Virus record (IMG/VR): IMGVR_UViG_2795385957_000001
Strand: one strand, 5' to 3'
DNA: 64,000 bases
Origin: a virus
Part shown: piece by piece, positions 39,766 to 49,086 of the stretch
Position numbering within the stretch: position 1 is the stretch's first letter
How the letters are laid out: each line of letters opens with the position of its first letter
Notes under the pieces: model-generated
Databases searched by the model: none
What the model saw: the letters and a program-made list of their open reading frames with translations, nothing else
Told to the model about the DNA's origin: nothing
Made by a program: the position numbers and the translations under genes

Positions 39766-39859
39766 TAGACGCGGCGGGGCCGAATTCCCCTGCAGCCGAG
39801 CGCGGCCCCGCCGCTCTCCAAGCGCTACGGCTGCACACAAACCCCTTGAAAGGGCGCTC

Positions 39860-40126
39860 ATGGCTGCAAAAAACGCGACACCCTACGTCCACACCGTGGA
39901 AATCGAAGGCGTCGAAAAGAAGATCAACCTCAAACCCTTCGGGTCCGTTCCATCTGGTGTCATTCGGCGTAACCGCAAGAACCCCGAACAGGGTATGTGG
40001 GAAATTATCGAGTGGGGCGCCGTATCGGAAGCCGATCTTGCTGTGTTCGACGAGCTGCCCTTAACTGATGTGGAAGACCTGTTCACCGCCTGGCAGGAGG
40101 CCGGACAGGTCACCGTGGGGGAATAG
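39860..40126 (+). CDS. Tail assembly chaperone (short form)
   Basis: Ends GTG GGG GAA TAG. Confidence 0.85.
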   Translation: MAAKNATPYVHTVEIEGVEKKINLKPFGSVPSGVIRRNRKNPEQGMWEIIEWGAVSEADLAVFDELPLTDVEDLFTAWQEAGQVTVGE

Positions 40127-40554
40127 TCGCGCTTCTCGACCTCATCGAGAAGCATGGCACCGCACTAGAATACGACCTAATCAAAGACGGGCTACGCCTA
40201 CGTGACTGCCCGTCTGACGAATTCAACTGGCGCGATCTGTGGGTGTATGTCAATCACCCGGAAGAGACAAGCGCTCTATGGAAGTCCAGGAACCCGAAGT
40301 ATGCGGGATGGACTCTGACTACCCGACTGCTGGCGATTATCGCTAACGCGCTGCGCTGGCTGGTGTGGGCGAAAACCAAGGACGGACACCGTAACCGGAA
40401 CCGTCCGGTGCCGATCGGCCCTGATATGGGCGATCAGCAGTCACGCCCCGGTCTGAAAGTTAAAGCCGCACCCATCTCGAAGGTCAAAGAGCTACTTGGC
40501 CTTTCAGGCGAAGAGCGGCGCGAGAAGAAACTGCGAAACCTGTTCGGAAATTAG
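39860..40554 (+). CDS. Tail assembly chaperone, long form via -1 frameshift at GGGGGAA (40117-40123)
   Basis: The -1 frame is open from 40120 (GIVALLDLIEKHGTALEYDL...) into the 40243-40554 ORF. Confidence 0.85.
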
Positions 40555-40564
40555 GAGGTGACAC

Positions 40565-43500
40565 ATGGCTGTTGAACTTTCATCGGGATATGTGTCGGCC
40601 ACCGTCAGGTTCGATGGGGTCAATAAGGGCATCAGCAAGCTCTTCGACAACGTCCAGAAGCAAGCAATTGGAGCGGCCAAGAAGACCGGCTCCGCCTACG
40701 CTAAAGCCCTTGCTGACGAGGCGAAAACCGCTGCGGATCAGGTTAAAAAGATCTCCGAGACGGTCGCCAAGTCTCGCGACAAAGAAGCTGACGCCGCGGG
40801 CAAGCTCAAGGTGGCCCTTGAGAAGCTGAATGAGGCTCGCGAGGCGGGAACCAAGGGCTCGAAGCTCACCGCTTTGTCGGAAGCGCATGCGTCGGCGATG
40901 CGTAAGCAGCAGGCCGCGGCTAGTGAACTCGCCAAGGACTTGGATGCGGTAGCACGTGCGCAGAAGCGTGCCTCCGACGCGCAGTCTGCGATCGACAAGT
41001 CGTCCAAGCCGATACGTAACCAGGTATCCAGACTCCTATCGGGCTCATCTGATGCCGCGCGTCAGGAAGGTGGGCGTGCGGGCCGCTGGTTCGGCGACTC
41101 TTTCTCCAGTGCGCTACGCACAACCGGGATTGTTGCGGCAGGTACCGCGGTAGGAAACCTTGCCGCCAATGCGATGACCAAGGCCGCCAACCTGGCCACA
41201 AGCGGTGTTTCGGCGATCGTCACCAAGGGCTTGGACTTCGAGAAGACCATGAACACCCTCTCGGGTGTCACAGGTGCTTCGGCAGATGTCATGCAGCGGT
41301 TCCGCGACACCGCCAAGGCCCTCGGCAACGACATGACCCTGTCGAACACCTCTGCTGCTGATGCGGCGCAGGCCATGACAGAGCTTGCCAAAGCCGGTTT
41401 CTCCGTGGATGAGTCAATAACCGCAGCCAAGGGCACCCTACAACTAGCCGCTGCAGCACAGGTGAGCGCCGGACAAGCGGCCGAGATCCAAGCCAACGCG
41501 CTACAGGCATTCGGTCTCAAAGCTGACTATGCGGCTAAGGCCGCTGATGTGCTGTCCAATGCCGCTAATGCATCATCGGCAGAGATAACCGATGTCGCGT
41601 TCGCTCTTCAGGCTGGCGGTTCTGTCGCACGCCAGACGGGCGTGTCCCTCGAGGACACCGCGGCAAGTATCGCACTGTTGGCCAACAACGGAATTAAGGG
41701 TAGTGACGCCGGAACCCTCCTGAAGTCGGCGCTTTTGAAGCTCTCCGCCCCGAGTGATCAAGCCTCGGGGGCGTTGCAAGAACTGGGCGTCAGCGCTTTC
41801 GATGCGCAGGGCAATTTCGTTGGCATGGAGGCGCTGTTCGGGCAGCTGCAGGCCGCGTCCAAGCGCATGACGCCCGAAATGTATGCGATGGACACTGCCC
41901 TCGCGTTCGGATCGGATGCCGCACGTCTGGCAGGTGTGGCAGCCAAGGATGGCGCAGAAGGATTCGACAAGATGCGCGACGCCATGAACCAGGAAGGTTC
42001 AGCGTCGAAGCTGGCGGCAGCCCAAAATCAGGGCCTACCTGGCGTAATTGAGCGGCTCAAGAACGCTGCGGAAACCCTGGCCATCACGTTGTTCGAGAAG
42101 ATCCAAGGCCCCCTGTCAAGCATCGGCGATGGACTGACCGGCTTCACGAACAAGATGCAGGACGCTTTCGAGAACCCCGCCGTGAGCCAAGCCGCAGGCA
42201 ATATCGGTTCAGCTCTGTCGACCATCGGAACCGCCTTCGGAAACGTCCTATCGGCTGTCGGCCCGTCGTTGGTCAGCGGACTATCCGAAGCGGTCAACCT
42301 GATCGTCCGGTTCAAAGACTTCCTCATCCCACTAGTGGCCGGTTTGGCCGCCTACAAGACGGTGATGCTCGCCATCACTGTCGCCACTAAGGCGTGGGCT
42401 GCCGTGCAAGCACTGTTGAATATTGCACTCACAGCCAACCCGATCGGCCTGATAATCGCCGCAATCGCCGGTTTGGTCGCCGGAATTGTGGTGCTGTACA
42501 AGCGCAACGAGACATTCAGAAACATCGTCCAGGCCACGTGGACCGCCATCAAGAACGTTATCGGGGCGGTGTGGGGCTGGCTATCCACCACCGTAGTCCC
42601 GGCACTGAAAACCGCGTTCACCGCCATCGGCACAGGGGCGATGTGGCTGTGGAACAACGCCATTAAGCCAGCTTGGAACGGAATCAAGGAAGTTATCGGC
42701 CTCGCGTGGGAAGTCGCCTCCGACCTGTTCGCGAACTGGAAACGCGCAATGGACCTGCTGGGTCAGGGCGCATTGTGGCTGTGGAACAACGCGATTTCCC
42801 CCGCCTGGGAAGGCATCAAGACCGCGATCAGCGCGGCCTGGAGATTCGTGTCACCAATCTTGGATAAGTTCTCCGAGGGGTGGGACGCGCTCAAGTCCGG
42901 CATCTCTGGCGCTTCAAGCGCGATCAAAGACGCTGTCACATCGGCATTTTCGGGTCTCGCGGCGGTCATCAAGGCACCCTTGAAGGTTTTGGGCACATTC
43001 CTCGCCGCCATTCCTTCCGAGGTGTTCGGGTTCCAGATTCCGGGCGCAGACAAACTCAACTCGTGGGGTAAATCCCTACAAGGCTTCGCTGCGGGTGGCA
43101 TGGTCCGCGGCGCTGGCACGGGCACGAGCGACTCCATCTTGGCGTGGCTGTCTAACGGCGAGGGTGTTGTCACTGCCAAGGGGATGAAGAACGGCGGCGC
43201 GGGCATCGTTGCGGCCCTCAACTCGGGTTGGGTGCCATCTGCTGCATACCTGGCCGACATGATGCGCGCACCGGGCTACGCCGAGGGCCTGAACCCTGGC
43301 GCGGATTATCTGCGGTCCCTGGTGATGCGGATGTGGCCGCAGATCAAGACCATCGGCGGTCGGCGCTCCGAGGACGGGTACGGCGAGCATTCGTCGGGCA
43401 ACGCGATCGACATCATGATCCCGGACTACAACACCCCGCAAGGTATGGCCTTGGGCAATGCGATTGCGGCGATGTTGGCCAAGAATGCCAGCGCCCTGAA

Positions 43501-44563
43501 TCTCAACGGATTCATTTGGCGCCAGCAGAGCTACGGGTATGGCGGTTCGTTCACTCAGGGCAAGCAGATGCCCAACCGCGGTGATGACAACCAGAACCAC
43601 ATGAACCACCTTCACGTCATCCTCGGCTCTGGCAGAGGATCTGGCGCCGCAGCGGTCGGACTGCCGACAAGCAACATCTCCCTGCCCTCCGGGGGTTCGG
43701 TGTCCGCGATGGGGTTCGGGGGCTCCTCGGGATCGGGTGCTTCATCGAAACAATCTCGGGAAGCCGACGACCGCATCACGGACCTGTCCAACCGGCTCGA
43801 CGTCACCGAGCAAGAGTTGGCAGACCTGGAGTCCAACCCGAAGGCGAAGGAGACCACCAAGCAACGCAAGCGCGATCAGGTCGACAAGCTCAAGCGCGAC
43901 CTGCAGCAGGCCAAGGACGACCGAGCGGCCCTAGACCTCGGTGGCTCCAGTGGCGGTTTCGGTGGCGGCAACAACCCGTACGCCAAGATCATGGAGGGAA
44001 TCTCCGAGATCCTGCCGGACTTCGGCGGCCTGGCCGACATCGGTATCGGTGGGCTCAAGGAATCGCTTCTGCCTCCGGGGTTCTCGGACCCGATGCAGTG
44101 GGGCTTTATGCAAGCCGGATCGACCCTCTTGAAGTTCTTCGGGGGCCTGCGCAACGTCTCCGATGGGAAACCCCTACTTGGTGAGGGCGGGGCACTCATG
44201 GCCAACATCACCGGCGCTGCCATGTCGGGGTCTGGCAGCGGAATCGTCGATGCGATAAAGACGATCATTCCGGCTCCGTTCGGGAGCATGGATGCTGCGC
44301 AACTCCAAGGTGCCCCAGGCGATATCAACCCCGTGATCGCAGGTGCTCAAATCCCAGGCACCGGCTTCGGCGATATGGGCTCCGCGTTCTCCAGCGGCAG
44401 CGCCGGTCCCGCACAGGGCGGAAATGGCGCAAACGTCGACCAGTCCATCAACTTCAACGCCCCCGTAGGAACCGGCGTCGATCAGGCGATGCAGAAGTCG
44501 CAATCCGCCCAAAACCAACAGTGGCGCCAGAACTTCGGAACACGAACCGGACCGGTGGGGTAG
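40565..44563 (+). CDS. Tape measure protein
   Basis: 1332 aa, Ala-rich, TP901-type core (GIKGSDAGTLLK), periodic Trp repeats, C-terminal His-rich peptidase-like motif. Confidence 0.95.
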   Translation: MAVELSSGYVSATVRFDGVNKGISKLFDNVQKQAIGAAKKTGSAYAKALADEAKTAADQVKKISETVAKSRDKEADAAGKLKVALEKLNEAREAGTKGSKLTALSEAHASAMRKQQAAASELAKDLDAVARAQKRASDAQSAIDKSSKPIRNQVSRLLSGSSDAARQEGGRAGRWFGDSFSSALRTTGIVAAGTAVGNLAANAMTKAANLATSGVSAIVTKGLDFEKTMNTLSGVTGASADVMQRFRDTAKALGNDMTLSNTSAADAAQAMTELAKAGFSVDESITAAKGTLQLAAAAQVSAGQAAEIQANALQAFGLKADYAAKAADVLSNAANASSAEITDVAFALQAGGSVARQTGVSLEDTAASIALLANNGIKGSDAGTLLKSALLKLSAPSDQASGALQELGVSAFDAQGNFVGMEALFGQLQAASKRMTPEMYAMDTALAFGSDAARLAGVAAKDGAEGFDKMRDAMNQEGSASKLAAAQNQGLPGVIERLKNAAETLAITLFEKIQGPLSSIGDGLTGFTNKMQDAFENPAVSQAAGNIGSALSTIGTAFGNVLSAVGPSLVSGLSEAVNLIVRFKDFLIPLVAGLAAYKTVMLAITVATKAWAAVQALLNIALTANPIGLIIAAIAGLVAGIVVLYKRNETFRNIVQATWTAIKNVIGAVWGWLSTTVVPALKTAFTAIGTGAMWLWNNAIKPAWNGIKEVIGLAWEVASDLFANWKRAMDLLGQGALWLWNNAISPAWEGIKTAISAAWRFVSPILDKFSEGWDALKSGISGASSAIKDAVTSAFSGLAAVIKAPLKVLGTFLAAIPSEVFGFQIPGADKLNSWGKSLQGFAAGGMVRGAGTGTSDSILAWLSNGEGVVTAKGMKNGGAGIVAALNSGWVPSAAYLADMMRAPGYAEGLNPGADYLRSLVMRMWPQIKTIGGRRSEDGYGEHSSGNAIDIMIPDYNTPQGMALGNAIAAMLAKNASALNLNGFIWRQQSYGYGGSFTQGKQMPNRGDDNQNHMNHLHVILGSGRGSGAAAVGLPTSNISLPSGGSVSAMGFGGSSGSGASSKQSREADDRITDLSNRLDVTEQELADLESNPKAKETTKQRKRDQVDKLKRDLQQAKDDRAALDLGGSSGGFGGGNNPYAKIMEGISEILPDFGGLADIGIGGLKESLLPPGFSDPMQWGFMQAGSTLLKFFGGLRNVSDGKPLLGEGGALMANITGAAMSGSGSGIVDAIKTIIPAPFGSMDAAQLQGAPGDINPVIAGAQIPGTGFGDMGSAFSSGSAGPAQGGNGANVDQSINFNAPVGTGVDQAMQKSQSAQNQQWRQNFGTRTGPVG

Positions 44564-44566
44564 TAG

Positions 44567-45676
44567 ATGGCTCTGTCTAACCCTTGGATCCACGGCCCGG
44601 AAACCGGCGAAGACTTCACACAGCTCCCGCCGCACCTGCAAGGCGTGGAAACGAAGATCGTCTACATCGGCGTCGTGCATCCGATCCACAAGAAGCGGTT
44701 CACCTGGAACCTCTTGGGTTCACACAAGGGCCGCGAGGGCATTGTGATGGCGCCCGTCGCCACCGGGTTGTTCCACACCCCGTTCGAAACTCTCATGTCC
44801 GAGGGGCCTTACCAGATCGGTGCCGAACCAGAGCGCACCGACTGGAAGAAACGCATGATTTCCATCGGCGTTCACGTGAATCCCGATATTGCCCCCTGGA
44901 TAAGCGGCAGTAGCAGCAGGGTCATTGACACCCCATTCCGGTATCGGATGATCGAGGAACGCTGGTGGGGTTCATGGTCGGCCACCGAAGACGGCTACCT
45001 GGGAGTGTTTACCCGCACCCATGGGTGGCGGTGGCTGCGGGTACGGCTCGCCGAGGAGCCCAAAGACCCGTGGGAACTCGACCCGGTGGCATACGGCAAC
45101 AACTTCATGACCTGGAGCATGAACATCGTTGCCACGCAGCCATATTTCGCTAAGCGAACAGAGTTCAAGACGTGGCAGAACGACGTCGAAACCTCCACCC
45201 TGTGGGACAAGATCGAGGACCTGCTCAACGAGTTCATTCCCGGGCTGGATGTGGGCGAAGGGGCCATTCGGGTCCCTAACCGGGGGGATATCGCTGTCTA
45301 TCCGAAATTCCTCGTGTCCTCACCTGGCAAGTGCTGGATCCAGGAAGGGGACCGGTGGGTTGAACTCCCACTCCTGAGCCCCAAAGACGGATACATCATG
45401 GTCGACACCGATCCGAACGCCCAAACACTCACCGCAACAACCGATCCAGTTGACCCGCTATTCATGCGGATTCTACGGAACTCGCAACTCATCGACGTCC
45501 TCCTGCATGACCTGCTTTCCATCACCTTGCCGATGTGGAGGCGTATGGAAGACCGATTCACCGAAGCATCAAAGATACCGCCCCGCACGCTCGCGGCAGT
45601 GAAGGTGCGCCACTCCAACGCTGATGGGCGGGTCACCATGTTTGTTCCCCAACGCTATTCAAAGGGCTTCGCGTAG
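44567..45676 (+). CDS. Minor tail protein (distal tail/Dit-like)
   Basis: First gene after the tape measure, 369 aa. Confidence 0.82.
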   Translation: MALSNPWIHGPETGEDFTQLPPHLQGVETKIVYIGVVHPIHKKRFTWNLLGSHKGREGIVMAPVATGLFHTPFETLMSEGPYQIGAEPERTDWKKRMISIGVHVNPDIAPWISGSSSRVIDTPFRYRMIEERWWGSWSATEDGYLGVFTRTHGWRWLRVRLAEEPKDPWELDPVAYGNNFMTWSMNIVATQPYFAKRTEFKTWQNDVETSTLWDKIEDLLNEFIPGLDVGEGAIRVPNRGDIAVYPKFLVSSPGKCWIQEGDRWVELPLLSPKDGYIMVDTDPNAQTLTATTDPVDPLFMRILRNSQLIDVLLHDLLSITLPMWRRMEDRFTEASKIPPRTLAAVKVRHSNADGRVTMFVPQRYSKGFA

Positions 45677-45678
45677 CA

Positions 45679-47475
45679 GTGTCAGGTGATTGGTCGATTG
45701 ATCTGACCGACTTCACAAGCCTGCAAGGAATCCTGGACCGGCTGCTCCGCGAGACGCAGACCACCCCAGACCTCGGCGACCCGATGGTGGCGTACCGCTA
45801 CCTCAACGCGCGCCGGCAGGCAATGAAGGACGCCTACAAACAGCGCCCCCTGCTTCGGATCTGGGACAAGCACCATCGCTACATCGCCGACTTGGCTGGC
45901 GAAAAGTCAGTCGTTGTCGAGGAAGTCATGGCGGACTCCGGTACCGCCACCGTCGTCATCAAGCACTCCAACTGGCTGTCCAAATTCCTGCTCTACGACC
46001 GCCGCGCTGAAGAAGATATCCAATTCACGCTAGATCCAAACCCCACCAACCGTTCCTGGCAGAACCGTTGGGGCGGAAAGATCGTGAACGTCAACGCCGT
46101 CCGCGACAAAGACGGCCTACACACCGTCGAACTCGAAATGGTGCACAACCGGGAACACGCCAAACACATCCTCGGTGGCGCCAATCCTCTACTCCCGCCG
46201 GAAATCCAATTTCCGAAGATGTTCTTCCTTCCCTGGAACATGCGCACGGCTGGTTCGATCATAATGTTCCTAAACCTGGCTCGCCAGTTCTTCCCGCTCT
46301 TGAGTATCCCGACGAACATCTTCAACCCTGGCGCCTGGCTGGGGGTTCGGGACGTCATCGGCGGCCTGAACCCGTTGGCGTGGCCTATCCAGGTCCAATT
46401 CGTCAACCCACTGTTCGATCAGTCCCGTACCACGATCCTGTCGTCCCGGTGGCAAGACCTGCACACCGTTTTGGCTGCGCCGATGCAGGACGCCGGCTGC
46501 ATGCTGCGCGCCTACACCTGGCTGACCGAAGATGACACCTCGCCGCACCCAGAACTGGAGGCACTCGGGGATGCGCTGGCACGCCCAACACGAAACTGCG
46601 TTGTCTTCGCATTCGAAGACAAGTCCGGGGTTACTGGACCCACGGGAACTTTGATCGACGGGCCGCTGCGCCTGATCGCCGAGACCGCAGACGATCTGAT
46701 CACCAACGCCATCGTCCCGCCCGACATGTACGACGAAGACGGCGACGGAAAAACCGATCCTTTAATCAGGAAGTGGTTGGGATTCGCCCCCGCCAAGCCG
46801 AAAGTCATATTCCGCGAGGGCGAATACACCGGAATCATCGACGCCAAGCGATCGATGAAGGGCTCAACAGCAAAGACCGTGATGACCGGTTCCCGGTCGC
46901 CGGCATGGCTGAATCAGCTCCAAACGTTCGGTATCAAATACGGGCTATCACAGCTATCGGCTGTTATCTCATACGGTTTGGGCGCATACCAGCAGCCCGG
47001 AACCCCAGGTTTGGAGGAGCTGTACCAAGGGCAGCTAGATAACACACTGTTCGCCTGGCAGCGGTTCACCGATCCGCGCCGCGTACTACTCATGGGCGAC
47101 CTGGGTTATCTAGAACACTTCGAGCAAGGCCAGGGAACCGCCTACACATCCGCGGGGATCCTGGATCTACGTAACGGGCATTGGAAGACGCGGGCTTTTG
47201 TCAGCTTCAAAACCAGCATCCGAAACGGCATGCCCTGGATAGCCGACGAGCATTTCACCCTCGGCGACAGGGTCGCCTTCCAACTGGGAAGCGTCCTACA
47301 TGTCGATCAAGTCTCAGCGATCCGCCGTTCATACGACGCTGACTCGCCACTGCTGGTTGAACTTTCGCTCGGGCAGGACTTGGACGAAGAAGACCCGGTA
47401 GCCAAGTCGATGCGCACCCTCGCGGGCTTCTGGAATCTCGCCGGAACCTTCTTTGGCTCCGACTCAATGTTCTGA
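45679..47475 (+). CDS. Minor tail protein (baseplate hub-like)
   Basis: PLLRIWD, HF.LGDRV motifs, 598 aa. Confidence 0.85.
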   Translation: MSGDWSIDLTDFTSLQGILDRLLRETQTTPDLGDPMVAYRYLNARRQAMKDAYKQRPLLRIWDKHHRYIADLAGEKSVVVEEVMADSGTATVVIKHSNWLSKFLLYDRRAEEDIQFTLDPNPTNRSWQNRWGGKIVNVNAVRDKDGLHTVELEMVHNREHAKHILGGANPLLPPEIQFPKMFFLPWNMRTAGSIIMFLNLARQFFPLLSIPTNIFNPGAWLGVRDVIGGLNPLAWPIQVQFVNPLFDQSRTTILSSRWQDLHTVLAAPMQDAGCMLRAYTWLTEDDTSPHPELEALGDALARPTRNCVVFAFEDKSGVTGPTGTLIDGPLRLIAETADDLITNAIVPPDMYDEDGDGKTDPLIRKWLGFAPAKPKVIFREGEYTGIIDAKRSMKGSTAKTVMTGSRSPAWLNQLQTFGIKYGLSQLSAVISYGLGAYQQPGTPGLEELYQGQLDNTLFAWQRFTDPRRVLLMGDLGYLEHFEQGQGTAYTSAGILDLRNGHWKTRAFVSFKTSIRNGMPWIADEHFTLGDRVAFQLGSVLHVDQVSAIRRSYDADSPLLVELSLGQDLDEEDPVAKSMRTLAGFWNLAGTFFGSDSMF

Positions 47476-47489
47476 GTAAAGGAACGAAA

Positions 47490-48008
47490 TTGGCTGCAGA
47501 TAAGTACGTTCCGCGTGCCCTCCAAGCCTATGCGGACAAGCAGAAGGCACGGGACGCACAGAAAGCGGAGATGGAAAGCGCCTATCAGGACTTTCTGACC
47601 GACTGCCATTACCCGCAAGACAAAGACGGAAACCGCATGGACTCGGCGCATTTCGTGTGGCTTGTGGGTTACCACATGATCAGGTGCGGGTGGCGGCGCT
47701 CGGCGCAACCCCTCATCAAACCGCGGGCCGTCGAGGCGCCCGGGGTGGTTGAAGGCGCGATCGAATGGGTTCCTATCGACGCCCCCGACGACCCCTTAGA
47801 GGGCGTCGAGAACATGACGTTCGCACAGATCAACGCCCTACCAGAGTGGCTGAAACGCAAAGCGATACAGCGACTGAACGGCAATCAAGACGCAGATGAC
47901 GACCTACCCGAAATGGCCGAACCGGCATGGCGGGTGACTCCGAACATCGCCATCAAAGATGAGCGACCCATCGGGGATGACTTCGTGAAGGGAATCGAGA
48001 ATGGCTGA
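47490..48008 (+). CDS. Tail-region protein (DUF2744-like)
   Basis: H..RCG.R, WVPIDAPD. Confidence 0.65.
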   Translation: MAADKYVPRALQAYADKQKARDAQKAEMESAYQDFLTDCHYPQDKDGNRMDSAHFVWLVGYHMIRCGWRRSAQPLIKPRAVEAPGVVEGAIEWVPIDAPDDPLEGVENMTFAQINALPEWLKRKAIQRLNGNQDADDDLPEMAEPAWRVTPNIAIKDERPIGDDFVKGIENG

Positions 48009-49086
48009 ACCGGGCGATACCCCCTACCTTGGGTCGATCCTTGCGCGCCTGCACTTCTGGGGTGTCGTCTCCGACATGGACGTACCCGGTGGTGTCACAG
48101 GCACATTCGAGCTCGCCGACCAAGACGGAGCAGTCACCATGGACGCCCTCGTAGGGCCTCCTGGTCCCGCTGGTGAGAATGCCCCCATCGTCAAGATGCA
48201 GTACCAGTCCAGCATCGACGACCCCGCCGATCTTCCCCAAAACCTCACCGACGATCCGATCGATATCGGGAAAGCCTGGTGGGTAGGCAACATCGTCTAC
48301 CTGTGGGACGGCGAACACTACGTCCAGAAGCAGATGGGCACACAAGGCCCACCGGGACCACTGCCGAACATTACGCCCACGGTCCAACTACTGGACCCAG
48401 ACAACCCCAGTTTGACCTCGGAGATCATCGTTTCGGGTACCTCCGCCAACCCGACATGGCTGTTGAAGCTCAAGGCACCGCGGGGTCCGCAGGGCGATAA
48501 CGCCACCATCCGAGACGCTACCGACTATGACGACTCGGTCGCGCCCGCCGCGGGACAGGTCATTGCTTGGAACGGTGTCGACTACGCGCCCGCCGACTTC
48601 AACCCCTTGGCGACACGTTTCTACACCGTCCCCGAGTCTGCGTTCACCGACTTCACGGGTCTAGCCACGCGGCAGACGATCGGCTCATTCATCATCCCGC
48701 CGATGCCGTTCGACTACGTCCCCGTAGTGCACGGGCATTTCAAGGCCAACGGCATCGAACTCGACGCCGACCCATTCATCATCGGCTCCGAGGTCCGCAT
48801 AGGTAACGCCACAAGCGGCCAGCTGATCGCCAAGGGCGCCGGCAACATGTCCTCCTGGTCCGCCCTGTTCCCGCATGCCTCATCCACGGGCTCCCCGAAC
48901 ACCGCTATCACCCCAGACAACGGGATCGGCATGATCCCGGCCTACAGCACCGGTACAACTTCAACGCTGTACGTGAACCTCGTCAACGAGGGCATGCCAG
49001 GCTTCTACTCCTTCAACAAAGCGGGTGCGCAGCTCTCAATCCTGATCGTCCCCGTCTCTCCGTTGAAGCCTGAGGACGGCTCCTAG
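48001..49086 (+). CDS. Minor tail protein with short collagen-like linkers
   Basis: GPPGPAG, GPPGP, GPQGD. Confidence 0.8.
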   Translation: MAEPGDTPYLGSILARLHFWGVVSDMDVPGGVTGTFELADQDGAVTMDALVGPPGPAGENAPIVKMQYQSSIDDPADLPQNLTDDPIDIGKAWWVGNIVYLWDGEHYVQKQMGTQGPPGPLPNITPTVQLLDPDNPSLTSEIIVSGTSANPTWLLKLKAPRGPQGDNATIRDATDYDDSVAPAAGQVIAWNGVDYAPADFNPLATRFYTVPESAFTDFTGLATRQTIGSFIIPPMPFDYVPVVHGHFKANGIELDADPFIIGSEVRIGNATSGQLIAKGAGNMSSWSALFPHASSTGSPNTAITPDNGIGMIPAYSTGTTSTLYVNLVNEGMPGFYSFNKAGAQLSILIVPVSPLKPEDGS

